From: the human T2T-CHM13v2.0 reference genome, Homo sapiens
Strand: one strand, 5' to 3'
NCBI RefSeq assembly: GCF_009914755.1
Contig: NC_060926.1
Length of the DNA: 64,000 bases
In this document: piece by piece, positions 1 through 12,385 of the stretch
How positions within the stretch are numbered: position 1 is the first letter of the stretch
Layout: every line of letters starts with the position of its first letter
Translations under genes and position numbers: made by a program
The notes under the pieces: generated by a model
What the model was told of the DNA's origin: nothing
Database searches by the model: none
The model's input: only the letters and a program-made list of their open reading frames with translations

Positions 1-769
1 CCGGTGCAGCTTTCCCCGGAGGCTGAGGCTGCTGCCAGCGGGGACATCTGCTTTCTTACACTCCAGCCTGGCTCACCCCGCCCCCTCAGCCCCGGGTTGC
101 GTGGTTATTTTACCAACACGGGGGGAGGGAGAGCTCGAGGAGGTAGAAAAGGGGTGGATAGAAGCTTAGAAGATTTTCTTCCCACTCCCCCCACGTCCCC
201 TCCTTTCGTCACATCTTTTAACCTTCAAGGTAAAGACTTAAGGAAACAATAAGCGTGTCCGCTGGCTCGCAGGCCCGCCGGGGTTCTCGGGCGCGGGGCC
301 TTGCCCCTCTCCATCCTCCCTGAGTCCTTCCCCGAGTCGGGCCGTGCTTCGGCGGTTCGGCTGGGCGCAGGGGCCGGCCGGGCGCGCCCAGCCTGTGGCG
401 CCTCCTCTCCCGGGCTGCTGCCTCGACAGCTGCTTGTAGCTACAGTAATTAGACTGTCAGTGCTTGTTAGAGGAGAGAGGGGAAAACACGCTTCTGACAG
501 CAGATTCCAAGACTCCCCAGTTTGTTAATTTCTAAGAGATCTTTAAAGCATTAATTGAGGTCTCCCCAACTCTCCCCTCCCGTCCCTCTCTGCAACTCCT
601 CCCTTCCCAAAAATATCTTTAGGAGAAGCGAGTTCTCTCGGCGTGGAAGCAGTGTTTCCCGCAAAACTGCCAGCCCGCCCCCCGCTCACGCACAGACACC
701 CAATTTCCCATATACAGATAAATGCACACATGTATACGCGAAAGGTTAACTCGGCGGAGGACTCGCCCA

Positions 770-1110
770 AATAAGCACCGGGATTGCATTTAAAATAATA
801 ATAATAAATAAATAAATAAACTAGGAAGGAAAGCGGGGGGAGGGAAGCAGAAGTCGGGAAGAAAAGAGAAAAGCAGCAGGCTGATTACGAGGTGTCAAAA
901 CTGCCAGGAGCAAGAAGGTGATAGCAATCAGGGGTGAGAAGAGTGCGGCATTCGTGCGGGGCAACTAATTATCCGTCTCATTTGAGAAGAGCAGCATTTG
1001 AGGCAGCAGCGTTCGCCTGCTGAACGGTGACAGATTGGCGCGGAGGAGAGGGGAGGTGTTAAAACAATGGAGCCGGGCGCGCGAGCGCTGCTGCATGCTA
1101 ATCAGCCCTC
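770..1110. promoter_or_regulatory. Developmental TF-motif cluster, probable conserved enhancer (possibly the TBR1-region forebrain enhancer; unverified)
   Basis: T-box AGGTGTCAAA 890-899, AGGTGATA 916-923, AGGTGTTAAA 1054-1063; SOX AACAATGG 1063-1070; POU ATGCTAAT 1095-1102; TAATTA 966-971; TGACAG 1028-1033; ATTGG 1034-1038. Confidence 0.65.
791..821 (+). repeat. (AAT)n/(AAAT)n microsatellite
   Basis: taaaataataataataaataaataaataaa. Confidence 0.85.
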
Positions 1111-4100
1111 CCTCCGCCTGCCTGCCGCGCTCCCTCCTTCCTCCCGGCCTCCCTCCTCCGCGCTCCCTCCTCCCGCCTGCGGCGCTCCCTCCTTTCCAGC
1201 GGGCCCCGCGCCGCCGCCGCCACCCGCTTCCTGCTCCCTCGCTTTCCCGCGCGTCCTTCCCGCCGCTGGCGAGTGGAACCCAGCCACCGCCACCGAGTCC
1301 CTAGCGGGCCAGGAGCCCCCGCGCGGCCCCCAGCGCCGGCCCGGTGGAGTGCAGCCCCGCGCGGGCTCGCCCGAGGGCTCGGCCTGCGCCGCGCGCCCAC
1401 TCCCCGGGGCGGTGGGGCGAGGACCCGCGCTCCGGGATCCACGTACTGGGGAAGCGGCCGAAGAGCCTGCGTTCTCACGCCCACTCGCTTTCTGGTGAAT
1501 CGACCGCGTCGGCCAGCGAGCGCGACTGGGAGTCCAGGCGAATTCAGAAAGGGCTAGGGCCAGCCAGGGGTGAAAAGAGTGACAGGGCCACAAAGGCCAA
1601 GAAGGGCTCCAGGACTGAGCGCAGATCTCCTGCCCTGCCCGAGCGTGGCCGCCACCCCGAGGCCTCCAGCCGCCCCCAACCCGCCCTGCAGTGGCCGCGC
1701 CCCGCTGGCCTGCGGCGAGTCGGCGAGGTCAGCGCCCCCCGCCACGCCTCGCGCGCTGCGGCTCTTAGACCCCTGGAGCCCCTTTTTTGCCAGAGCTACC
1801 GGTCCACGGTTTAAATGATCGCAGCGAAGATACATAAAGGGCCTTAGCATTAGCTGTGCTTCCAAGGCCTGACCTCCTGACCCCAAGACTAGATTAAGGG
1901 GCCGTCTGGGCCTCGAGAGTTCCCTCGAAAGACCGTCGCGGGGAGAGAAGGGCCTGGAAAGAAGCGGGCCGCGCTCCCCCCTGCCGCGAAGACTGTGGGG
2001 CAGATGGGGGCAGGACCTGATCTGGAGGCCCAGCTCCCCGCCTGGCCGCTCTGTTCTATACTCTGGCCCGAGACAAGCTAGTCAAAAACAGCAGCGCCCT
2101 GGCCGCCCCTCCGACAAAGAGCCCATCGGAACCCGAGTCTGCTGAAAAAAGCCTTTCATACCTGTTGATGCAGGCGGGGACCTGAGATTTCATACAACCT
2201 CCTGTTACTTTTTGACCGTAAAAGCTGATTGTTGCACTTAAAAGGCACTTTTATTCCTACCATTAAAATATTTTTACTGTTACGGGTTTACATAAACTAC
2301 CCTTATAAACATCATAAAACTTCCTTCCCCGTAAGCCATAGATGGACCTCCAGAGTAACTAAAAACCTGTGCAGTGTAATTGTTTCTTCTGCTGACCCCT
2401 ACCTTTGCATAACTTTATACACACCATTGTTCCTTTTTAAAAAATCAATTTAAAATAAGGTTTGCTAAAGCTCAGTCATATATACACAAAGGTTTCATTT
2501 ATATTATTCTGCTTTGTAATATTTCATGATAAAAGTACACAAAAATGAAATTAAAATGAGTAAATTTTGGTATTTTTATACCATCCTCATTGATCCTAGT
2601 CATGTGAAAAACTACACAAGTGCAGAGTGAATCATTTTTCCTTTTAGAATATGCCCAGGCATACCAATAGAATAGCTGAATGCAAACTTCAGATCTACTA
2701 AAATCATACAGAACGTTTTAAAGTTTTTAAGTTGAAAAATCTTAGAAGAGTTACATAAAGGATTTTGTGTAAGTAAATGTTAATGCTTTCTGCTTTCCAC
2801 TCTTTGGAAAACCACTAAGCAGGCCTCTGCCCTTGGCATATACAGACTTCTTGATGCTACAGTATTAGCTGGCATTTGGAAAATTCCCTTGTGTCTGAAT
2901 CTGTTAAAATAGCAACCTATCTAACAGCAAAACAAATTTTAACTTTATATTTATTCATGTAAACGTGGAGATTCAGATGTTCCATCAGCATCAAAATTAA
3001 GCAATTTATTAACTATTCACCAGCCTTTGCTTCATTAACCAATTCTGTAGAAGCAATGTCTCTCTAAAGCTGTGAATCTACAGAGCTCAAACAAATTTAG
3101 TTCAATCCCATGTTGTTATGTATCTCACCAAATTATTTATCTTCCAATAACTTGGTTTATACAGGCTTAGTGTAATTTCCTCTCAGTATACAGACCTCAC
3201 AAATTTGCATGACTGTTTTAACGGTGTATTTACAGATAAGTTTTTATTTGCACATAAGGACAAAAAGGTGAAGTGAAATTTGGTCCCAATGGAAACCTGT
3301 TAGGTTCCCTGAACATATGGCTCATTGGGCTGTTACTTCCTTTTTGAGATCATTTTCCAAGATTTTTTAATATATACATCAATTTGACACCAGTTATAAA
3401 GAAAATATATTGGCTTTGAAGATTCCTCCACCTGGGGCATATCTCTTAATAACACACCATGTAGTCAGGTGTACCTCTGAATATACAGGTTTCCAGTCTC
3501 TGAAAACGGCATATTTTGAAATCAGTCAGAGCTGCCAGTTGATTTACACTGTCTTTGAAATTAAGTAGTTCTTTGGATTCTTAGAATGCCACATTGATTT
3601 GATTAATACAGTTTAGGGGTGACTAAAACTCTTTTTTGGAAGGCTGTGCATTTGGAATCCACAGTATTACAATGATTTCTCTCAGCAGATACAAGTGATG
3701 TAAGTCTCATTTGTTGAAAGTGTGTGGTGCCAGCTTAAGACTTAAGGGGAAAATCACAGCACTTTGAAAAAGATGTAAATGTTCAATTGGTAAAAAAGGG
3801 GAAAAAACCGTGCTAAAACATGTGCCTATTTCCATTATGCTTAATTTACTATTCAAAACAAGTTTTTCCTAATAAGCTCTATTGTTTCTTTCTGTTTTGT
3901 AAAATTTAATATGTGTGAGACAAAAACCAGATTCAGAATGTGAATGACGTCTGTTTAGCGAAAGATTGTGGGAGCTTACAGTTCAAGAAGGCCTCAAATT
4001 AAAAGAAACATCATCTTCTATCACCAAAAAGATACAAAGAAGCAAGTTTCTTGGGTCATTTCTAGGACCAGTTCCTAGATTGCCAACTTCCTCCATCCTC

Positions 4101-4877
4101 AGAGCTCCTCATGGATGAATTCACACACTTTAAAGTGCACCAAGCACTAGAATATTCAGAATGATTATGCCACGTTTATTTACTGCATAGCTGTAGCTTT
4201 CATCTTATTGTAGTCCTCTTTTCTCTGAAGCATCAATCCCCTAATAGGACTGAAGTAAGTTCTCAAACATGTTATCCCCTTGTCCTGACTATAGAGGGTT
4301 ATGTCTATCTCAAAATCACTCACACATTTTCAGAGAATCTGTACCTGATTATGCAACCCTTTGACGTTTAACCCATCTCCCATGGTTGAATGTCCCCTTG
4401 GAATCCAGAAGGCCTGGATATCCTGGCACTTGCCCATGTGTCCTTTGTTGTTTAGGGCTATACCATGAATACATTCAAAAACTATCTTGTTAATATCCTT
4501 TGGAAGGACTGTAAAAATAATGACTTTTCACTTTAAAATAATTCAAGGAATAGTTGTTTTTAAAAGAAAATGTTAAAGACTGCCTAATTCAACTTTCTTT
4601 TTGTGTGGACAAAACAAACAATAAAGAAACAAACAAAAAAACCCCACTGTATCTAAAGAGAATAAATGAGTCCCTCACACCTACTCAAATAGTTGGAACT
4701 CAACTCAAGCTCTCCTGTCTTTTTCAAACTATTGTTTTTTCCATAACCAGCCCTTACCTCAAATAAAATACAGTGTTTCACTGACTTTGTACTTTGTTTC
4801 AGAGGAAGCCTAAGTCCTATCCAAAGTCTTTTTACACAAAAGAATAAACCACAGAGAGAGTAGGGGGCCTGACATTA

Positions 4878-5223
<346 letters not shown>

Positions 5224-6608
5224 GTTGTCAGTTTATCACCACTCTAACAAGGGCCCCAGTCCATTTCTGCTTGGAAAAGAGGCACCTTAACCCACTGGGT
5301 GTTGAGCATCTCTCTGGCCTGCTCCAATGAGGGAAGAGCAAGTCATGGAACATATTTTTGTAGACACAAACTAACATGAGAGAAGATAAAAAATGATTTG
5401 TACCTCTAGAGTATGGAGTTAAACCATACCATAACTGCCAAACCACAGTGCTAAGTTTTTTAACAGTCTGAATTCTAGGTTAGAGTTTGTCTGGGGGAAA
5501 CAAAATAGCTAACCAGCACGAACTGGAAGTGAGCTTATGTATTTTCTAAAACTATTGATCTGGAACTAAAACATTATCTAAACCAACCAAATACTTCATT
5601 TGGTTCCAGACCTGGCCTTCACTGTCTGGAGATGGCTGTGCAGCTCAGAAGGAAGTCTCGGCCTTATATTATCTTCCCCTGAGAGTATTGGTGAATCAAC
5701 TCTGAAAACAGCACTCATTAGACAAATAGTTTCTCCATTTGCAGCTGTTAAATAGCTCTACCCGCCAGTGATAAAGGGGCATCCTGTGTGGGTGTACTCA
5801 GACCTCTTCAAGCAACTGGCTTAAAAGGAAGGCTAGCTCACTGGGGATCCAAAGTATCAGTAAGGGTGATAAAGCTTGCTTGAAAAAGCTCTCTCTAACT
5901 GGGGCTGGGGAAGCAATGCAAGCAGCAGGCTTTCTCCAGAAAGCAGCTTTCTAACTCCTCACCCTCTCACACACACTTCAATATACAAAGACCCACTGTT
6001 TTGTTGCGTTTTTCCTGAGGTTTTACCTTTGGCACTGCAAAAGCCTTTTCTTTCAGCATCTGCAAGACCCTATTGGATGAGATCTATTTCTAGGTTAAAG
6101 CCTTTGATACATTTCAAAGCAGACTTTGCCTTTAAAGTTCTCAACTCAACTCTTTTTTTTTTTTCAAAATATACTAAATACCAATGGGTAACGTGGCTCT
6201 ATAGTCAAGGTTTAGAAAAAATATATGCACTAATGCCGACATGGGAACCACTGTAACTGACATTCCACTTGCAGACATGCTAGGGTACGCTCTACCGGCT
6301 AGGGAGGGAGGGTTTCTGTGGGCCAGACCCAGTCAGCCAACCTTAGGAAAGGAACCCGGCTCCATTTCCTAGTGAAGTGGCAACAATGACTGTCATTTCC
6401 TCCTCAAATATAATGTAAGGACATTTCCAAGTCGCTTCAGTCATTTCTTCCTCCTCCACCCTACCATGTGCTTACAAAAGTATGCTGTAGGAGAAACTCA
6501 ATTTCTTTTTCCAGGCAAGGTTCCATTAAACATGTCCCCAATAACCTGATTACATCAGACAATGAGCCTTCCTTCTTATATGATTTCTTCAGCAGAATGT
6601 TTTTTAGT

Positions 6609-6724
6609 TAGAATTGCCAGATTTAGCCAATAAAAATACAGGATGCCCAGTTAAATTTTTTGAATTTCAGGTAGATAACAATTTTTTACTCTAAGAATGC
6701 CCCATGCAATATTTGGCAACCCTA
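6609..6724. mobile_element. MER53-like hAT MITE, internally deleted
   Basis: TTGCCAGATTTAGC..AAAATACAGGATGCCCAGTTAAATTT..TGAATTTCAG and terminal TTGGCAACCCTA match MER53 ends. Confidence 0.8.
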
Positions 6725-6979
6725 TTTTTAACATCACATAGACTATATAAATATGAAGCTGAATCTTAGCAGATTCTCTCCTAGTTTGGGGCTGGGGAAG
6801 TGGTTAGGTGTGGAGCTAATATTTACTCTTTTTCCGCCCGTAATTTTCTTTCTTCCGTTCTCCTTCCGCAAGGAACGTCTTGGGGCTTCTCGAACATCTC
6901 TCAGCATTTACTGTACGCCCCCCTCCCCTCGCTTTTGCTGATAAAATGGTTGGTGTTGTGTTTAAAGTGTTTATAAAGT

Positions 6980-7520
6980 CTCCTCCGTGATAACGCGAGC
7001 GTTTAAGAGAGAGAATTCTAGGCACACCTCTTCCTCCCCTCCAGAGTGCCCCGACGTCTTTCTAGCCTCCGCCTCCAGGCGGGTGAGGAGGTGACACCTG
7101 AGAATTCCTCCCTCTCACCCCTGACCCTGCCGGAAAGCGAAACTGAGATGCGGGCATTGGGCCCTGGGAAGCGTGGGGAAGGGGAAAGGAGAAAGCCAGG
7201 TGGGTTTTTAGGTCCCTTCCAGTGCCACACTGCGGGGCGTTGAGGGGCCGCTCGAGGCAGGCCCTTCCATGAGGCCTGGACTGGAGGCCTTCTCTAGCCG
7301 CCGGCGCTGGCCTGGGCCGCCTGCCGCCACGCAGGGGCCGCGCGCCTGGGCCCCAGGGCCCCTTTGCCGGCGGGAGGCCGGGGGGACCGACTGCTCTTGG
7401 CGCCCGGGGTCGGGGGAGGCCGGGAAACCTCGGCTCCCGGGCGACAGGCACCCAGGCCCTTCTCAGCCCCCCGGCCGCGGCCGCGCCGGGCCTCGCTTCA
7501 GCCGGGCGATTCTTCCCCTC
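6980..7520. promoter_or_regulatory. CpG island 2
   Basis: GC/CpG-rich block, e.g. gccgcggccgcgccggg. Confidence 0.85.
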
Positions 7521-10500
7521 ATTTGTTGCATTGTTTGCATTAATATGAATATCTTGTTCTGTTTGTTTTGTCTCCTGAGAGCCAATAAAGCTGTGAGTTT
7601 TTTCATTACACCAAATGCAGCTCTACGGGCGATCAATCAATGGGTAGTCTTCGGATAATCTGTGAGAGTGAGAAATCTAATAAAGCTAGCGACTAAAAAA
7701 GGAAAACAAAATCTATTTTTCTCTTAGGTTAACTACGTCAGGATTAATGTGTTCCACTTCTGCTGCCTGAGGTGGGTTTAACTCTTGTTCTTTCCCCCCC
7801 ACCCACCCCAACAAATTGATTTAAATGTCAAGATGGGAGGGGAAGAGGGCTGAGGAAAGAAAGAGAAAAGAAAAGGGATGTTTAGGAGCTTCTTAAATTT
7901 TCTGATGGTTGGCCGATTCTTTCAAGAAGAGGAAAGACAATACTTTCTAACGTCCCAGAAAATCAGAGAAATGGAGGATTCTAACAAAATGTAGTTTGGC
8001 AAAGAGGCCCTTCCTCAGTTTTCCGAACAGACAGGAAATGTAAATTGATAATGACGTAAATAAGTGATGATAATAAATCAAGTTATTATTAGTGCCCCCT
8101 GCCCCATCACTTGTTTGCTTTTGCTAGATGCTAAACTTAACTCCTCAAATGCATTTTTTGGAAGGCCCCTCAACCATCCTGAGCAATGCAGGAAATAAGA
8201 GAAAGATCATCTGCCTGGGCTGCTGCAGTTCTCCTCACAGCACAATGCAACCAAAATCATTTATAAACAGACAAAAATAACAATCTGAATTATCTAACAT
8301 TAGCAGTTGAACTGAAGAGCCCAAGATTATGTGATGAATTGTTAAATTGCAGTAGCATTGTTTTGGATTGCTAATTAAAAAAAATAAGCAAACCCCATGA
8401 CTCTAGATATGACAACTGAAAATACCCACAAATTATTTAATAAATGAAGTGTCTAACAACTTTAACACTTCCTGGTCGCCCTGTTAATAAATGTAATTTG
8501 AGGTAGATTTTTAAAATCTTCAATCTAAACAGTGAATTCATTACGCGCCATTCAGATCTCTAGATGCCTATGGACTTCTTGGAATTAGGTGTTAAATAGA
8601 CAAAAGTGAACCAAACTGCCTTTAAAAGCACAGCATGACCATGTAATTCTTTTTCCAGTTTGTGGTAAAAAATGATGAAACTTCTTTCCAAGTAGCTATC
8701 ACCCAGATTTAGTGTGAAAAGTAGTGTAATTGTAATTCACGCCATCAGGGTCTATCGCTGATAGACGATCAGCTGTTCTGTAGAGGGGAGAGGCTTTCTT
8801 TTCAAATAGGAAAGCTGCCAAGTGCTCTGCGATACCTCCAGCAAGCTTATCGGATTGAGTTCAGAGCCAAAACAGCAGCTGCACACATATGCAAATTGGC
8901 AATTAATAGTATAACATTCTGTAAAAAAAAAAAAATGTTTAAAAAAATTTTTAAAGAAAGTAGAAAGAAGCTACCTGAACATTAACCTTAACTGTAACTG
9001 GGACTTCTAAGATGAATGACTAAGGATTAATTACCCTCTGGAGAGGACTTGCTGTTTAATACCTTCTCTTACAGATCAAGTCTTTGTTGTCTTGCTGAGT
9101 TTTGTCTGTTTCATGGAACACAACAATACACTCTACAGGAAGAACTTTAACTAAAAAGCCCTTATATTTCGATTCCAGAAAATGGAGAAATTAAGTCCTT
9201 TCCATGGATCATTCCTTCTGTAAACAGAGATCACAAAGCAAGAGCTTCAGCATCCTCGTGAAAAAGACATTTTGTTCTGGGTGTCATCATCTCCTTCCAC
9301 TACAGCTTGCAATTGGAACAAGCTTCACATCCTGGGGGTGCTGCCTATCTCTGTCTTGATTTCTGTCTGTCTATTCCTCCCATTGACAGGAATGTCGTTT
9401 GTATCCTCCACGCAGCAGTTTGCAGAAATCCAGCAAGGTTTATGGTTTATGTTGCCCAGCATGTATAAACACAACGCTCTCAAATGCTTTTTAAAAATCT
9501 ATGAATTTGTTAGATGTCTTCACATCCTGGTCCTCCTACCCCAATTCTCAAACACAAAGTACTCTGTTGCCCTATTATAGTCCTGCGATAGTTCTGGCTA
9601 GGATTAGGTTGACGGTCTAAGCCCCAAGAAAGGCCTGGCATTTTCATAGCAGGCTTTCCCCAGTGCTTTGAGTCTTCCTCTCTCACTCCCTTTTTCTTTT
9701 TCCCTCGGAGGAGGGGGTGTTGGGGGTGGGAGGTGATTAGTAAATGTTTCAGGTAATCTGTGAATTCTTAATAGTCATATTTCCGTGGTGGAAGATCTCC
9801 CTATTTCTCTGATGTGACAGGTTACAGAAACCTTGGTGTTGGGGGTTTTACAGATATTTACAAGTTCTAGGAGTTTGAACTTTGGGTCAAGATGTTGATT
9901 CCTTTTAATGTGCGAGGGTGAAGGAGGTTTTATTTTGCTTTATTCTTTTGGATATTATGAGATGAGATTGTATCCAGTCTTGGCTGTAACCTATACCATA
10001 AATGCAGAGCTGCAACCATTATTTCTGTCTCTTTCTCCTTTTATCACCTACACTTCTAGAGATATTACTTTCAGTTTTATTGCAAATCATCTGTGTCTTT
10101 AGTTTAAACCATTATTTTTCATATACCCCAGGCACATTTCCCTTATAATGAGACAAATTTTAGATTATTAATGTTCCACCTAAAAGGATACTGTACACTT
10201 TTCATTGCCAATATGGGCTTTGAAGCTTAAATATCAACATTTTTATAGGAAATTTACCCATGTCAAATTTAAATATATTTGCTTATATTTCTTGGAAAAA
10301 AGATTTTGGATAACTATCAATTAAGCAGCCAATTCCATTTGGGGTGCAGAAAATTTTGAGCCCCTTGATAAGAAGGAACAAAATTTTTCCTCTAAATAAC
10401 CAACTCTGGATCAGAAAAACTGAACTTTTCTAAATATTTATTATTAACAAAACTTTTTTTTGTCTGATTCCACTAGAAGCATTCTATGTTGTGAACACTA

Positions 10501-11340
10501 TAAAGTTATCCTATGTTGTGAACACCATAAAGTTATGAGGGAAAAAATGTCAAATCTAAATTTTATTTAGAAGTAAGATATTGTTTTTCTGGACTTGCAA
10601 TCCAATTCGAATGCATCGTTAGACTTTTCTGTTTTCTTATGATTAAACAACAATGGCTTAAAATGATAGCAAGTCAACTGAAAAGTTGCTTTGGAATAAA
10701 ACAAAAGTGGGAATGCCAACTTTCTTTTCTTCTCTATAACTGCATTAACATGGTTGTATAGACATTTGCATGTAAAATGTAGCTAACAAAAATTACACAG
10801 AAGTAAATTTAGTCCTCTAGTGCCTACCTCTATGGTGAAATCAGACCATTTGGCATAGTTTGAAGTCTTCCAAGAAGCCTGGTTTCCACCTGGAAAATAA
10901 ATTACTAAATTTGAATGTGTTACTTATACTATGGTGAGTTGTCTATCTGTTACATTTTATTTTAGTGCATATACTAGAAATTGTATTTAGGGTGTTCTAA
11001 AATTGTCATCTGTCAAGGTAGAGAATTATAATAATATAATTATACTCAGAAAGCGTTCTGATTTTAGATTATTTTGGCACTGTTACAAATATGATGAATT
11101 TTAAAAAAATGCAGAATGTTTATTACAAATTCATATGTTTAATTGTCAAATTCTGAGATTAATTTAGATAAGCTATAACCAAAGTTTATTTTCTTTGCAT
11201 TTATTGGTACATAGTTAATGCTTATACACAGGCTTCAGTGTAACACCTATACACTATTACAATATTTAGCTGTACTTATTTGCTTTATCTTTAAATGGTA
11301 CTTTGTCCCAAAATTTTCTGAGCTTGATAAATTATTAAAC
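6990..11340 (+). ncRNA. Candidate spliced lncRNA starting at CpG island 2 (possibly LINC01806; unverified)
   Basis: Donor GG|GTGAGG at 7083; acceptor ttttctcttAG 7727 with donor GAG|GTGGGT 7772; acceptors cttctcttacAG 9074 and ..ttgacAG 9389; ATTAAA ~11334; no long ORF. Boundaries inferred. Confidence 0.3.
10484..10536 (+). repeat. 27-bp tandem duplication (2 copies)
   Basis: ctatgttgtgaacac(t/c)ataaagttat twice. Confidence 0.9.
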
Positions 11341-12189
11341 ATTTATCAAATCACTGTTGCATTCTCTATTCATCAATACATTCTGTTTTAAATCATAAAC
11401 AGTTTGATTCTGAGTTATAAGAAATATTTTGAGTAATCAAAGATTCTATGTTGTATGACATAAAGCATAATAATGAGATTATTGATGAGATGTCATGATC
11501 AGTGAAGACCATACTCAGTGAATTTACCCGGATAAAACTATGTGTTATAATGCCGCAAGTGTACACAGAAGTAGGAGATAAAGATGTGCTATCATGGCTC
11601 AGTAAAAACTCCTCACCACAGCTAGTGACAAGAACAAACAATGTTTTGTTAAAATCTGTAGGTTTTTCTTCATCTCAAAGGATAGTGCATTAATCTCCTA
11701 AAGAAAGTAATTGTTCTCTCTGAAATGTACAGTAAGTTGAGTTAAACAACTAGAGCAAGTATGGTTATGGAATTTTATTTTCTCAAGCTCAGAAACTTTT
11801 AAATTTACTACAATATACCCAAATATGTCTAATTACTATACTACCCTTGCAGTGATTACAATTTTGATGTTTGTCATTTTTTACATGCTAAAGTGCTTTG
11901 TGAATCCAGGTGATTATATAATGGATACCATCTTCTGTGGGAGTGAAAAGAAGAAAAACTTGATTCATACTTAAAGGTGCTATATTTGAGGAATGTGATG
12001 TTAAAATATTTTCTCTTAGCACAAGGCATTTGTTTTAAAGAATTTATCTGGAGGACTCAGGACATTTTCTATATAGTAAACTGAATGATGAACATTATTT
12101 AAGGTGATAAATGGGAATAAATTTTAGAAAGTCATATCTCTAGAAAAATTTACTTGACCATTGGATTAATAGTCTAAGAAGTGATGGTG

Positions 12190-12385
12190 ATAGAATAACA
12201 GTAGCGTCTTGGTGAAGCCCTTTCTCTTTGCTAGACACTTCACGTACATTCCCTCATTCAGTCGTTAATAATCACCTAATGAACCCAACGTGATTTTGTT
12301 TTACTGATGAGAAAAATGAGGCTAAGTTTAAGTCACATAGCTTGTAATGGATGAGGCTTTATAGCTGTGGGACTCTAGAGTCCAT
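12190..12385 (-). mobile_element. MIR fragment
   Basis: ttttactgatgagaaaaatgaggct..aagtcacatagct is the reverse MIR core. Confidence 0.6.

Larger units (their letters stand above)
1..2150. promoter_or_regulatory. CpG island 1 (promoter/enhancer-like)
   Basis: Very high GC and CpG density (especially 250-450 and 1030-2130) against AT-rich flanks; no credible CDS. Confidence 0.9.

Noticed and set aside
4-1886. Many overlapping 64-163 aa ORFs on both strands in CpG island 1
   Set aside because: Pro/Ala/Arg/Gly-rich, open in several frames at once, with no domain; expected from stop-poor GC-rich DNA.
7018-7658. ORFs over CpG island 2
   Set aside because: Same GC artefact; no recognisable protein.
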